DNA from: Candidatus Omnitrophota bacterium
GTDB lineage: Bacteria; Omnitrophota; Gorgyraeia; B26-G9
NCBI GenBank assembly: GCA_018817165.1
Contig: JAHITY010000114.1
Location: 17,721-81,720, forward strand
DNA: 64,000 nt
Direction of reading: 5' to 3'
The notes under the pieces are model-generated. The model saw only the letters and a list, made by a program, of their open reading frames with translations. It was not told the origin of the DNA and did no database searches. Numbering within the stretch: the stretch's first letter is position 1; each line of letters begins with the position of its first letter. A program made the translations under genes and the position numbers. Of this stretch, positions 1 through 8,889 are shown piece by piece.

Positions 1-2238
1 CAAAATAAAAATCCAAGTTCTTTTCCGGATATTGAACTTAGAACTTTGACAGCTTATACAGACAATACTTATCCGCAGATCCAGAATACTGACAAAAAAA
101 TCAATGGTCGAATTTTTCAAATGCGCAGATTGAAAATTGATAGATTCCAGCCAGGAGTGTATGATTATTTTAACCTGGAGATTAATTTAAGACAAAATCA
201 GCAATCGCAAACCAATGCGGTTCAAGAGTACAAAACAAAGGTACCTTTAAAGTTTATCAAAGAGCAGGTTAGCAATAAGGGGCTGCTTGCGGTAATTAAG
301 AAAATCATTTCATATCTTAATCCCCGAAAACTCAGAGAATATTATTCAGATATAATCGGAGTTATTGATGGAAGCATGGCTTATAAAGGACCGTTTTGCG
401 CGCAAGTAGACCTTACTAATGATTGTAATAATGACTGCATTGGCTGCTGGTGCAATTCACCTTTATTAAAAGATAAGCAGATTAGTGAGCAGGTAAAACA
501 GCAGACATTGCCTTTAGAAGTGGTTAAAAAAACGATAAATCAACTTAAGAGTCTGGGCACAAAGGAGATATATTTTGCCGGAGGCGGAGAGCCGTTTATG
601 CATCCGCATATTATGGAAATTCTGAACCATGTTAAAGCGCTTGGTTTGCGTTGTTATATTAATACAAATTTTACTTTGGTAACTGAAGACATGGTAAAAC
701 AGCTGGTGGATATTGGTGTAGACAATCTAGTTGTCAGTATTTGGGCTGGAACAGCGAAAACATATCATCAAACTCATCCCAATAAATCTGAAGCAATGTT
801 TTATCAGCTAAAAGGAGTGCTTAAATTACTTAATTCGCTTAAGCATAAAAAACCACAGGTAAATGTTTATAATGTGATCTCAAATCTGAATTATAAAGAA
901 CCTGAGCAAATGGTTGATTTTGCTTTAGAATCTGGCTGTGATTCCCTGGAATTTACAGTTATTGATACAATTCCTGATGCGACAGATGCTTTGATGCTCA
1001 GTGATCAACAGAGAAAAGTAGTAATCGAAGCTTGTAATAAAATTAAACAGCGTTTGGAAACAGGGGATTTAAAAAATAAGATTGAGGTTTTACAGTTTGA
1101 GCAGTTTATCCGTCGGGTTGATAATTCTGATGCTAAAATCGCCCAATATGATAATGATATTTTAAACCAAATGCCTTGTTATATGGGCTGGCTGTTTGCC
1201 CGGATTTTGGCTGATGGCAATGTTAATTTTTGTCTAAAAGCGCATCGGATTCCTGTGGGCAATATTTATGCTCATGATTTTCTTCATATCTGGAATAACC
1301 GCAAACAGCAGGAATTTAGAAAGCGTGCAATGTCTGTGCCTAAAAAAGATGTATTTTTCTCCTTTATTGGCAATGACCCGGATGTAAAAGTCGGTTGTTT
1401 TAAAGGTTGTGACGATCTTGCGCGTAATATACATATGCACAAAAAGATCCAATCTTTAACGCGTTTGGAGTATAAATTATTAAGAGTAATTTTATACTGG
1501 ATAAAATTGAAAAATTATTTTAAAGGAAAAAACTTTTCTCAGGCAATAAAAAATAAAATTGTTCAAAGGAAAATACTTGATAAGAAAATCATCAGACAAG
1601 GGAAACTTAAGGCAGTTTATCAGTCTGAGGGCATAAAGCTATATTGGGCTGAGCAGGAGATTACCCAGAGCATTGGCTTGAATACATCAGTGTGTATCTT
1701 TGGGCTATGGTATGACTCGTCTAAAGCAAAGTGGGAAGTGTCTAAACACAATGATCATGAATTAGAACTGAAAAGTACTTGGAATAATATTCCGATTTCT
1801 CAAGTATGGAAAATTAAACTTAATAGCGATTGTTTACTCCAATGGGATATTGCTTTGATAGTTGATTCTAAAATAGAGATAGAGCAGACAAAATCAAGCA
1901 TTATGATTTCACCGCTTTATAAAAAATGGCAAATCAATAAAGAGTCTGGCAAATTCCCCAGTTCAATGAATTGGCAGCAGGCAGAGATCAATAGTACTGA
2001 CGCAAAACAAATTAAAGTTATGTCTGTTAAAACAGGAAACACTGATTTGCCGGAATTATTTTTTGATTTTTCAGAAAACAGTGATCTTGAGTTGAGACCG
2101 CAGATTCAGAACGCGGATAAGCTGATAAATTCTCGGATTATATCAGCACAGAATATAGAAGCAGATAGTGGCAGAATTTTTCTGCCAGGAGATGTGAATA
2201 ATTTTTGTTTAAAACTAAACATAAAAGGTAGTAAATGA
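1..2238 (+). CDS. Radical SAM (SPASM/Twitch-type) protein with flanking repeated beta-rich domains; 5' end lies outside the window
   Basis: CNNDCIGC (CxxxCxxC), GGGEPF, NTN, Twitch-like CYMGW...DGNVNFC...VGNI...IWN. The frame has no stop back to base 1, so TTG at 46 is probably not the real start. Confidence 0.85.
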   Translation, partial: QNKNPSSFPDIELRTLTAYTDNTYPQIQNTDKKINGRIFQMRRLKIDRFQPGVYDYFNLEINLRQNQQSQTNAVQEYKTKVPLKFIKEQVSNKGLLAVIKKIISYLNPRKLREYYSDIIGVIDGSMAYKGPFCAQVDLTNDCNNDCIGCWCNSPLLKDKQISEQVKQQTLPLEVVKKTINQLKSLGTKEIYFAGGGEPFMHPHIMEILNHVKALGLRCYINTNFTLVTEDMVKQLVDIGVDNLVVSIWAGTAKTYHQTHPNKSEAMFYQLKGVLKLLNSLKHKKPQVNVYNVISNLNYKEPEQMVDFALESGCDSLEFTVIDTIPDATDALMLSDQQRKVVIEACNKIKQRLETGDLKNKIEVLQFEQFIRRVDNSDAKIAQYDNDILNQMPCYMGWLFARILADGNVNFCLKAHRIPVGNIYAHDFLHIWNNRKQQEFRKRAMSVPKKDVFFSFIGNDPDVKVGCFKGCDDLARNIHMHKKIQSLTRLEYKLLRVILYWIKLKNYFKGKNFSQAIKNKIVQRKILDKKIIRQGKLKAVYQSEGIKLYWAEQEITQSIGLNTSVCIFGLWYDSSKAKWEVSKHNDHELELKSTWNNIPISQVWKIKLNSDCLLQWDIALIVDSKIEIEQTKSSIMISPLYKKWQINKESGKFPSSMNWQQAEINSTDAKQIKVMSVKTGNTDLPELFFDFSENSDLELRPQIQNADKLINSRIISAQNIEADSGRIFLPGDVNNFCLKLNIKGSK

Positions 2239-3869
2239 GTAAAGTAATTTTAGTTAATTGTCCTCCTTGGGGGGTGGTGATGCCGCCTTTGGGAATTGCT
2301 TATTTGTCAGCATACTTAAAATTAAAAGGTGTTCCGGTAGATATTTTTGATTTAAATCTTGATCTGTATGAGCAGGCTGATTCAGCCCAGCAGTTGTTTT
2401 GGCAATTGGATGAAATAAATCGGATAAAACCCTGTGATATTGCTGAAAATATTTTTAAAGCTTTTGGAAATCGGATTGATGAATTTATTCAGAGTTTATC
2501 TGGATATACGATTATTGGGTTTTCCACAAATAATCTGATCAGTGCTATTTTTGCTGGATTTTTGGCGAAAAAAATCAAAGCCAAATATAAGGATAAAACT
2601 ATAATCCTTGGCGGGCCGGGAATATATCATAGTTGGGATAGAAAGACAGTAGCCAAAGAGAATATAGATTTTTTTATTATTGGTGAAGGCGAAGAGGCTT
2701 TGCTTAAATTTTTAAATGAATTTGAGATCAATCGATCTCCTGATTATTTGTGTTCTAAAGTTCCTGGGCTGCTTTACGCGCAGGAATCGTCAAATGTGGT
2801 TTATCTGCCTTGGCAGCCAGTAAAAGATTTAAACAGTTTAGCTTTTCCTACCTTTGAGGAATTTGATTTAAGTAAATACAATAGTAATAGTAAATATCAT
2901 CCTTTGCCCATGCTGATCAGCCGCGGCTGCATTAATCAATGCAGTTATTGCATTGACTGGTATATTTGTTCTGGTTTTCGCATGCGACGACCAAAGCTGA
3001 TTATTGAGGAAATGAAGTATCTCAAACAAAAATATAATATAAGCCATATTGAGTTTAATGATTTGCTTTGTAACGGCAATTTATATGGTTTGCATAAACT
3101 TTGTCAACAAATGCAGCAGGAAAATTTGAACCTTACTTGGATAAGCTATGCGGCAATAAGAAAAAACATGACTCAGGAACTGCTTAATGATATGAAAAAG
3201 GCAGGATGTAATTCCCTGTGTTATGGTATAGAAAGCGGATCAGATGCGGTTCTTGGCAAAATGAACAAGCATTACAACTCTGCTGATGCTAAGCAAGTAA
3301 TTGAAAAAACATTTAAAGCGGAAATTCAAGTGAGCCTGAATATAATAGTTGGATTTCCCGGAGAAACCGAAGCTGATTTTAAGCAGACAATTGATTTTCT
3401 TAAATCCAATAGTAAATATATTTCTCAAGTAACTAATGTTTCTTCTTTTGTGCTTATGCCTGGTTCTGATGTGGGAATTTATCCACAACGCTTTGGAGTG
3501 AAATTTCTTGATCCGCTCGATCCTGGCAAATGGACTGATGCAAATTGGTTGACTCAGGCAGAACGCAATCAGCGGGTGGGACGGATATGTGACTTGCTCA
3601 AGGAATTAAAGATTAAAAATCTGATTGTAAATTATCAGGATAAAAATGCTAAGGTTTGTAATATTAAAAATGAAATTCCACAGCAAATAACTGATAAGTC
3701 AGATGGAATTATTGATTTATCAGATTTGAAATCAAGAGGGTTCAAAAGAAGAAATAAAATACTTAAATTTGCTGTGCTTGGGATATTGCTTATCGCAAGC
3801 ATTATTATTGATTTTTATTTAAATGTTTTAAAAAAACTGCGGGGCTCAATTATTTTCCCCGGAAACTGA
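2235..3869 (+). CDS. B12-binding radical SAM protein with C-terminal hydrophobic helix
   Basis: N-terminal PPLGIAYLSAYL, ILGGP, IGEGE; SRGCINQCSYC; YGIESGS; IIVGFPGET. ATGA-type overlap with the upstream gene. Confidence 0.9.
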   Translation: MSKVILVNCPPWGVVMPPLGIAYLSAYLKLKGVPVDIFDLNLDLYEQADSAQQLFWQLDEINRIKPCDIAENIFKAFGNRIDEFIQSLSGYTIIGFSTNNLISAIFAGFLAKKIKAKYKDKTIILGGPGIYHSWDRKTVAKENIDFFIIGEGEEALLKFLNEFEINRSPDYLCSKVPGLLYAQESSNVVYLPWQPVKDLNSLAFPTFEEFDLSKYNSNSKYHPLPMLISRGCINQCSYCIDWYICSGFRMRRPKLIIEEMKYLKQKYNISHIEFNDLLCNGNLYGLHKLCQQMQQENLNLTWISYAAIRKNMTQELLNDMKKAGCNSLCYGIESGSDAVLGKMNKHYNSADAKQVIEKTFKAEIQVSLNIIVGFPGETEADFKQTIDFLKSNSKYISQVTNVSSFVLMPGSDVGIYPQRFGVKFLDPLDPGKWTDANWLTQAERNQRVGRICDLLKELKIKNLIVNYQDKNAKVCNIKNEIPQQITDKSDGIIDLSDLKSRGFKRRNKILKFAVLGILLIASIIIDFYLNVLKKLRGSIIFPGN

Positions 3870-3893
3870 TTAGAATGCAGTGTATAGCGAATA

Positions 3894-3917
3894 GTAGGGC
3901 CACGGCGTGACGTGGCC
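3894..3917 (+). repeat. Single GTAG-type REP-like palindrome
   Basis: GTAG followed by the hairpin GGCCACG-gcgtga-CGTGGCC. Confidence 0.55.
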
Positions 3918-3942
3918 GATACTAATACAGTTATCAAAAATT

Positions 3943-4036
3943 GTAGGGGCCGGGCTTGCCCCGGCCCGGAATAATGTACAATTATATAAATAGGTGAAAT
4001 TATTAATAAGCGGGCGCAGGCAAGCAGCGCCCCTAC
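3943..4036. repeat. REP doublet (REPIN-like): GTAGGGGC...hairpin, AT-rich spacer, inverted hairpin...GCCCCTAC
   Basis: 3943-3968 gtaggggccgggcttgccccggcccg and 4011-4036 cgggcgcaggcaagcagcgcccctac. Same architecture at 52342 and 63314. Confidence 0.8.
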
Positions 4037-4181
4037 TATAAAGGGCAGGAATAATTATTTAGGCGGGTTTGAAGCCTGATTTTGATAGGACTGGCAAAAT
4101 CAGAGATTCATCCTCGGAGTCCCGCAGGATGCGGGACGAGAATGAGCCAAAATGATTGATTCCGGACCGCCTTCGATAAAG
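4035..4181 (+). ncRNA. 147-nt multi-stem repeated element, copy 1 (candidate structured RNA or MITE)
   Basis: 143/147 identical to 17739-17885. Stems ctgattttg/caaaatcag and gtcccgca/tgcgggac, closing stem ggaataattatttaggc/gccaaaatgattgattcc. The repeat is certain; RNA function is inferred. Confidence 0.55.
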
Positions 4182-4229
4182 GTTGCATCAGCAGGAAAAT
4201 TTGTGTCAGCGTAAAATTTATCGATCATC

Positions 4230-4285
4230 TTGAGTATTGAGTAGAGCGTTTAGAGTTTGGAAATAGTAATTAGAAATTAGTAATT
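4230..4285. repeat. Degenerate heptamer tandem repeats
   Basis: ttgagta-ttgagta-gagcgtt-tagagtt...tagtaat-tagaaat-tagtaat. Confidence 0.55.
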
Positions 4286-4312
4286 TATTTTCTGTTTTAT
4301 AAAGGGATTTTT

Positions 4313-5458
4313 ATGAAGATACTGATGATTCATCCTCATGATCTTTTTTCAAGAAAAGAACCTTGGACAATTAGAATTAAGAAAATTGCCCAAGAGTTTA
4401 AGAAAAAAGGGCATGAAATTAAGATAATTTATTTCCCTTTGGAATATCATACTCATCGGGATGGGTTTTCGATTGATGGTATTGAATATATACCTTTAAG
4501 CCGCAAACTGGGTATGGCCAATTATTATAAAAATATTCGCTATGTTTGTGCACAGGGAAAATGGGCGGATATTATCCATTTTCAGAAGTGCTTTTTTTAT
4601 GCGGCTTTGCCGGCTTTGCTTGCCGGGTTTGTTAATAATAAACCGGTTCATTATGACTGGGATGACTGGGAAATAAAGATATTTTATTACGAGGCTAAAC
4701 AGCCGCGGCTAGTCGGCGGTTTTCTTTGGGCCTTAGAAAGATATATTCCTAACCTTTGCGATACAGTATCGGTTTCCAGTCTGCGCTTAAAGCAGGAGTG
4801 CATTAGCTATGGCTTGGATCCTAATAAGATCGCCATGGCTCCGGTTGGTGCAGATTTGAACTTATTTCATCCGGATATTTCGCCAATTCGAATTAGGGAA
4901 AAATATAATCTGCAGGGGCCAATCATTAGCTATTTGGGACAATTGCATGGCGGGCAATATGCCGAACAGTTTATTCGCGCGGCAAAGATAATCACAAATC
5001 AATTAAAAGGAATAACTTTTTTTATTATCGGTGGCGGTTATCGCTTAGATGAATTAAAAACCTTAGCACGGGATATGGATTTGGATAAGCAGATTATATT
5101 TACTGGAGCGATCAGTCATCAGGAAACTCCTTTATATTTAGCGGCAACTGATATCGCAGTGGCTTGTTTTGAAAATAATCAGATTACTCAATGTAAAAGT
5201 CCGCTTAAAATCGCCGAGTATTTGGCCAGTGGTAAGCCGATTGTTGCCAGCGATGTAGGAGAAGTCAAGCGAATGCTCGGCGGGGCGGGAATTCTCACTT
5301 TGCCTGGAGATTCCGAAGCTTTAGCCCAAGGAATAAAAAAACTTCTAGATGATGAGCCTTTGCGTAAAAGATTAGCAATAAAAGCCCGTCAAAGAGCAGA
5401 GGATTTATATAATTGGCAAACAACCGCAGATAATTTATTAAGGATTTATGCTGTTTAA
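4313..5458 (+). CDS. Glycosyltransferase family 4 (GT-B)
   Basis: MKILMIH start; KSPLKIAEYLASGKPIVASDVGE C-terminal GT4 motif; DWDDWE motif shared with 18015. Confidence 0.9.
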   Translation: MKILMIHPHDLFSRKEPWTIRIKKIAQEFKKKGHEIKIIYFPLEYHTHRDGFSIDGIEYIPLSRKLGMANYYKNIRYVCAQGKWADIIHFQKCFFYAALPALLAGFVNNKPVHYDWDDWEIKIFYYEAKQPRLVGGFLWALERYIPNLCDTVSVSSLRLKQECISYGLDPNKIAMAPVGADLNLFHPDISPIRIREKYNLQGPIISYLGQLHGGQYAEQFIRAAKIITNQLKGITFFIIGGGYRLDELKTLARDMDLDKQIIFTGAISHQETPLYLAATDIAVACFENNQITQCKSPLKIAEYLASGKPIVASDVGEVKRMLGGAGILTLPGDSEALAQGIKKLLDDEPLRKRLAIKARQRAEDLYNWQTTADNLLRIYAV

Positions 5459-5484
5459 CAGTAAAGAAATCAGGATGATTTAAT

Positions 5485-6435
5485 ATGGGAAAAATTTTTC
5501 AGTTGTCGATCATAATTCCGGTTTTCAATGAACAAGGCAATCTTAAGATTTTAAATCAGCAGATTAATCAAGTTATGAATAATCTTGAAGTTACTTATGA
5601 AGTAATTTTTATTGATGATGGCAGCACTGATAATAGTGTGCGGGAACTTGAGGAAATCGCAAAAGATGATGCGCATGTGCGCATAATAACTTTGCTGAGA
5701 AATTATGGACAAACCCAGGCTATTGCTGCTGGAGTGGATCATTCTTTGGCTGAACTGATTATAACCATGGATGCTGATTTGCAGAATGATCCTAAAGATA
5801 TTCCCAAATTGCTCGATAAAATCAAACAGGGATATGACGTCGTAAGTGGCTGGCGGATTAAGCGCAAAGATAATTTCTGGCAGAAAAAACTGCCTTCATT
5901 TCTGGCTAATTTTATCATTGCTAGATTAACCAAAGTTAAATTACATGATTTGGGATGCACATTAAAAGCATATAGAATTAGTGTTTTAAAAGACATTGAA
6001 TTTCAGGGAGAAATCCATCGGTTTTTACCTTTATGCGCTGCTATTCAGGGAGCGAAAATCGCAGAAGTTCCGGTTATACACCATAAAAGAAAACATGGAC
6101 ATTCAAAATACGGGTTTTCCCGTTTTTTTAAAGTTATACTTGATATGCTTACAATATTATTTACCTGGAAATTTATGATTAAGCCGATTCAGCTATTTGG
6201 CGGCATCGGAATTGCTTCTGTATTACTCTCAGTAATGATCGGATTATTTATTGTTTTGCGTAAAGTCTTATGGGCAGGTCAATGGGTCAGTCCGCTTATA
6301 TTTATATTTGCGATTCTTTTTGTAGTCGGTGTGCAGTTTATTTTAATTGGCATTTTGGCCGAGATTATTATCAGACTTTATTATGGTATGAGGGATCAGA
6401 CACGCTATAAGATTAGAAAAAAAAACAAGGAATAA
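5485..6435 (+). CDS. GT2 polyprenol-phosphate glycosyltransferase (ArnC/DPM1-like) with two C-terminal TM helices
   Basis: SIIIPVFNE, IDDGSTD, RNYGQ, MDADLQNDP, HDLGCTLKAYR, HRFLP, SKYG. Confidence 0.9.
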   Translation: MGKIFQLSIIIPVFNEQGNLKILNQQINQVMNNLEVTYEVIFIDDGSTDNSVRELEEIAKDDAHVRIITLLRNYGQTQAIAAGVDHSLAELIITMDADLQNDPKDIPKLLDKIKQGYDVVSGWRIKRKDNFWQKKLPSFLANFIIARLTKVKLHDLGCTLKAYRISVLKDIEFQGEIHRFLPLCAAIQGAKIAEVPVIHHKRKHGHSKYGFSRFFKVILDMLTILFTWKFMIKPIQLFGGIGIASVLLSVMIGLFIVLRKVLWAGQWVSPLIFIFAILFVVGVQFILIGILAEIIIRLYYGMRDQTRYKIRKKNKE

Positions 6436-6440
6436 TTTAA

Positions 6441-8132
6441 ATGTATATATTGGGTGTGTGTGATAGTCAAGATGCGGGAGCCGTGATTATCAACAGTGAA
6501 TCAAATCAAATAACTGCAGTCAATGAAGAACGTTTGAGCCGGATAAAATTGCAGGGAGGTTTTCCTTATTTATCTATTATAGAAGTCTTGCGTTTGAAAA
6601 AAATAAAGCAGGAGCAGATTGATTTAGTAGCTATTGCTTCTGATATGACGCCTTGTTTTATCCTTAGATTATTTTCCAAATCCCATGCTCAGCTTAGAGA
6701 TAATAATAAACAATTCAGTTTTTTATTGTCAGTATATATTTTATATCAGGTTTTAGCCGAAAAACTTATTCTACCTAAGAAAATAGAGTCATTTCTAAGC
6801 CGTATGGTTTTAGGCTATAAATTGAGCAAGCTAGGGATTAATGCTAAAGTAATCACCGTTGATCATCACATTGCGCATGCTTATGCAGCATATGGTATTT
6901 GCGGATTTGATAATGCTTTAATCATTACTATTGATGGTTTGGGTGATGGAGTGTCTTTTAGTGTTAATATAGGTAAGGAGGGGATTATTAAGCCGGTTTT
7001 TAGACAAAGTGCCTTAAATGATATAACACTTTATTATTCCCGATTGACGGAGTTCCTTGGATTTAAGCCGATTCAAGATGAGGGCAAGGTTATGGGTTTA
7101 GCAGCTTATTGCGGGAAATATTCCGCTTTGGATCAAGCAGCAAAGCTTTTGCGAGTAAGCAATGGAAGATTTAAACTAAAAAATCCTTTTGTAAGAAATA
7201 AAAAGATATTTAAGCAGCTAAAAACAATAAGTAAGCAGGAAGTTGCGGCATCTTTTCAAAAACATGCCGAAGATTGTATTGAGCAGATTATTGCTTATTG
7301 GGTTAAGAAAACAAATATCTCAAAAGTAGTGCTTGGCGGCGGGTTCTTTGCCAATATAAAGGTTAATCAGAAAATAGCTAATATTAAGCAAGTTGATAAA
7401 ATATATGTTTGTCCTCATATGGGAGACGGCGGATTAGCCTTGGGTGCTGCATTTTTTGCAAAAAAACAAAAACCATTTAAAGCAAAAGATGTATTTTTCG
7501 GGTCTGAATACACAAATAAGCAGATAAGTGAAGTGCTTGAATCGCAGAAAATTGAATATCAAATAAGTAATTCAATACACAATGAAATTGCTGAATTATT
7601 AAGCAGAGGGAAGATTATTGCCAGATTTAACAAAGCTATGGAATTTGGACCGAGAGCTCTTGGTAATCGTTCGATTATTGCTGCTGCAGTAGATAATAGT
7701 ATTCAGAATTCTTTAAATATTAAACTGGGTAGAGATGATTTTATGCCTTTTGGCCCGAGTATTCTCAGTGAATATAAAGCTAAATGTTGTGAGCAGACTG
7801 ATAAAGCAGCCTATGCAGGGGAATTTATGAATATTAGTTTTAAAGCTACTGATTATTTTAAAAAAAAATGTCCCGGGGCTGTGCATAAAGATGGGACAAC
7901 ACGGCCTCAATTTGTTTCAATGAATTCTAATAATGATTTTTATAATATTCTAAATGAATATAGAAAAATAACAAATATCCCAGCATTATTAAATACTAGT
8001 TTTAATATACACGAAGAGCCTATTGTTTGTAGCCCTAAAGATGCGATAAGAAGTTTTCAGAAAAGCAGAATAGATTACTTGGCAATAGGGGATTTTTTAA
8101 TAAAGAGGAGGGATGATGAAGAAAAACAATAA
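6441..8132 (+). CDS. Carbamoyltransferase (NodU/CmcH/TobZ family)
   Basis: EERLSRIK, HHIAHA, DGLGD, EGKVMGLAAY, GGFFANIKVN, GDGGLALG, EFGPRALGNRS, HKDGTTRPQ, LLNTSFNIHEEPIV. Confidence 0.93.
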   Translation: MYILGVCDSQDAGAVIINSESNQITAVNEERLSRIKLQGGFPYLSIIEVLRLKKIKQEQIDLVAIASDMTPCFILRLFSKSHAQLRDNNKQFSFLLSVYILYQVLAEKLILPKKIESFLSRMVLGYKLSKLGINAKVITVDHHIAHAYAAYGICGFDNALIITIDGLGDGVSFSVNIGKEGIIKPVFRQSALNDITLYYSRLTEFLGFKPIQDEGKVMGLAAYCGKYSALDQAAKLLRVSNGRFKLKNPFVRNKKIFKQLKTISKQEVAASFQKHAEDCIEQIIAYWVKKTNISKVVLGGGFFANIKVNQKIANIKQVDKIYVCPHMGDGGLALGAAFFAKKQKPFKAKDVFFGSEYTNKQISEVLESQKIEYQISNSIHNEIAELLSRGKIIARFNKAMEFGPRALGNRSIIAAAVDNSIQNSLNIKLGRDDFMPFGPSILSEYKAKCCEQTDKAAYAGEFMNISFKATDYFKKKCPGAVHKDGTTRPQFVSMNSNNDFYNILNEYRKITNIPALLNTSFNIHEEPIVCSPKDAIRSFQKSRIDYLAIGDFLIKRRDDEEKQ

Positions 8133-8889
8133 ACTTTTAAGAATTATCCAATGGTTTTTTGAAGAGGATGTAAGTGAAGAATCGGTTAGCAATGATGATA
8201 CTATTGAAATAGGATTGATTCAGATAGTCTTAATTATCCTGATAACTGCAATATTTTCAGTCTGGATATTTTTTGAGCCGATAAAGGGATTCTTCAATCG
8301 TCCTCAGCTTTCAACCAGTGAATATATTGAAAAGCATATTGAGAAGAATTATTTTATTATTAAAAATCCGCTGAAAAATAGCGATTTTAGCCAAGGACTA
8401 GAACACTGGGCAAGCTCTGACTGCGGCTTGCTTTTTCCTGATTCAAAAAGCGTTGCTAGTATTGATAAGCATGATTATCATTCTGCTCCTAGCAGTCTAA
8501 AAATAAAATGTATTTCTCCGGCAAACCGATATCATTACTCAAAAAATGAGAAAAATAAGGTATTAGATAATCCTTATAGCTTTAAGCAAACAGAATGCTG
8601 GATGGGGATTCTGCCGGGAAGAGAGATAAATGCTAGTATTTGGTATAAAGGAGATATTGTAAAATTTACAATAAATTATATTAATAAATCAGGGGAATGG
8701 AATAATTTAGACAGTGTTTTTGGCTCAGTTACAAACCAATGGTCACAGCTTAAGATAAATAAAAAAGTTCCTTTAGATGCAAGAGCAATAATGATTGAAA
8801 TCACTGTAAATAAGGCTGAGAACAGCCCCTTACCGGTAGTGTGGATAGATGACATTAACTTAAAAACTGCCAATTTTGAAGAAAAATAA
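8113..8889 (+). CDS. Single-TM membrane-anchored protein with carbohydrate-binding (CBM4/9-like) domain, paralog A
   Basis: One N-terminal TM; LKNSDFSQGLEHW...WYKG...VWIDDI jelly-roll-like pattern; paralog of 22363-23139. Confidence 0.65.
   Translation: MMKKNNKLLRIIQWFFEEDVSEESVSNDDTIEIGLIQIVLIILITAIFSVWIFFEPIKGFFNRPQLSTSEYIEKHIEKNYFIIKNPLKNSDFSQGLEHWASSDCGLLFPDSKSVASIDKHDYHSAPSSLKIKCISPANRYHYSKNEKNKVLDNPYSFKQTECWMGILPGREINASIWYKGDIVKFTINYINKSGEWNNLDSVFGSVTNQWSQLKINKKVPLDARAIMIEITVNKAENSPLPVVWIDDINLKTANFEEK

Noticed and set aside
4061-4072. AGGCGGGTTTGA as an RfaH ops/JUMPstart site
   Set aside because: It deviates from GGCGGTAG, is not conserved in copy 3, and no NusG paralog is in the window.
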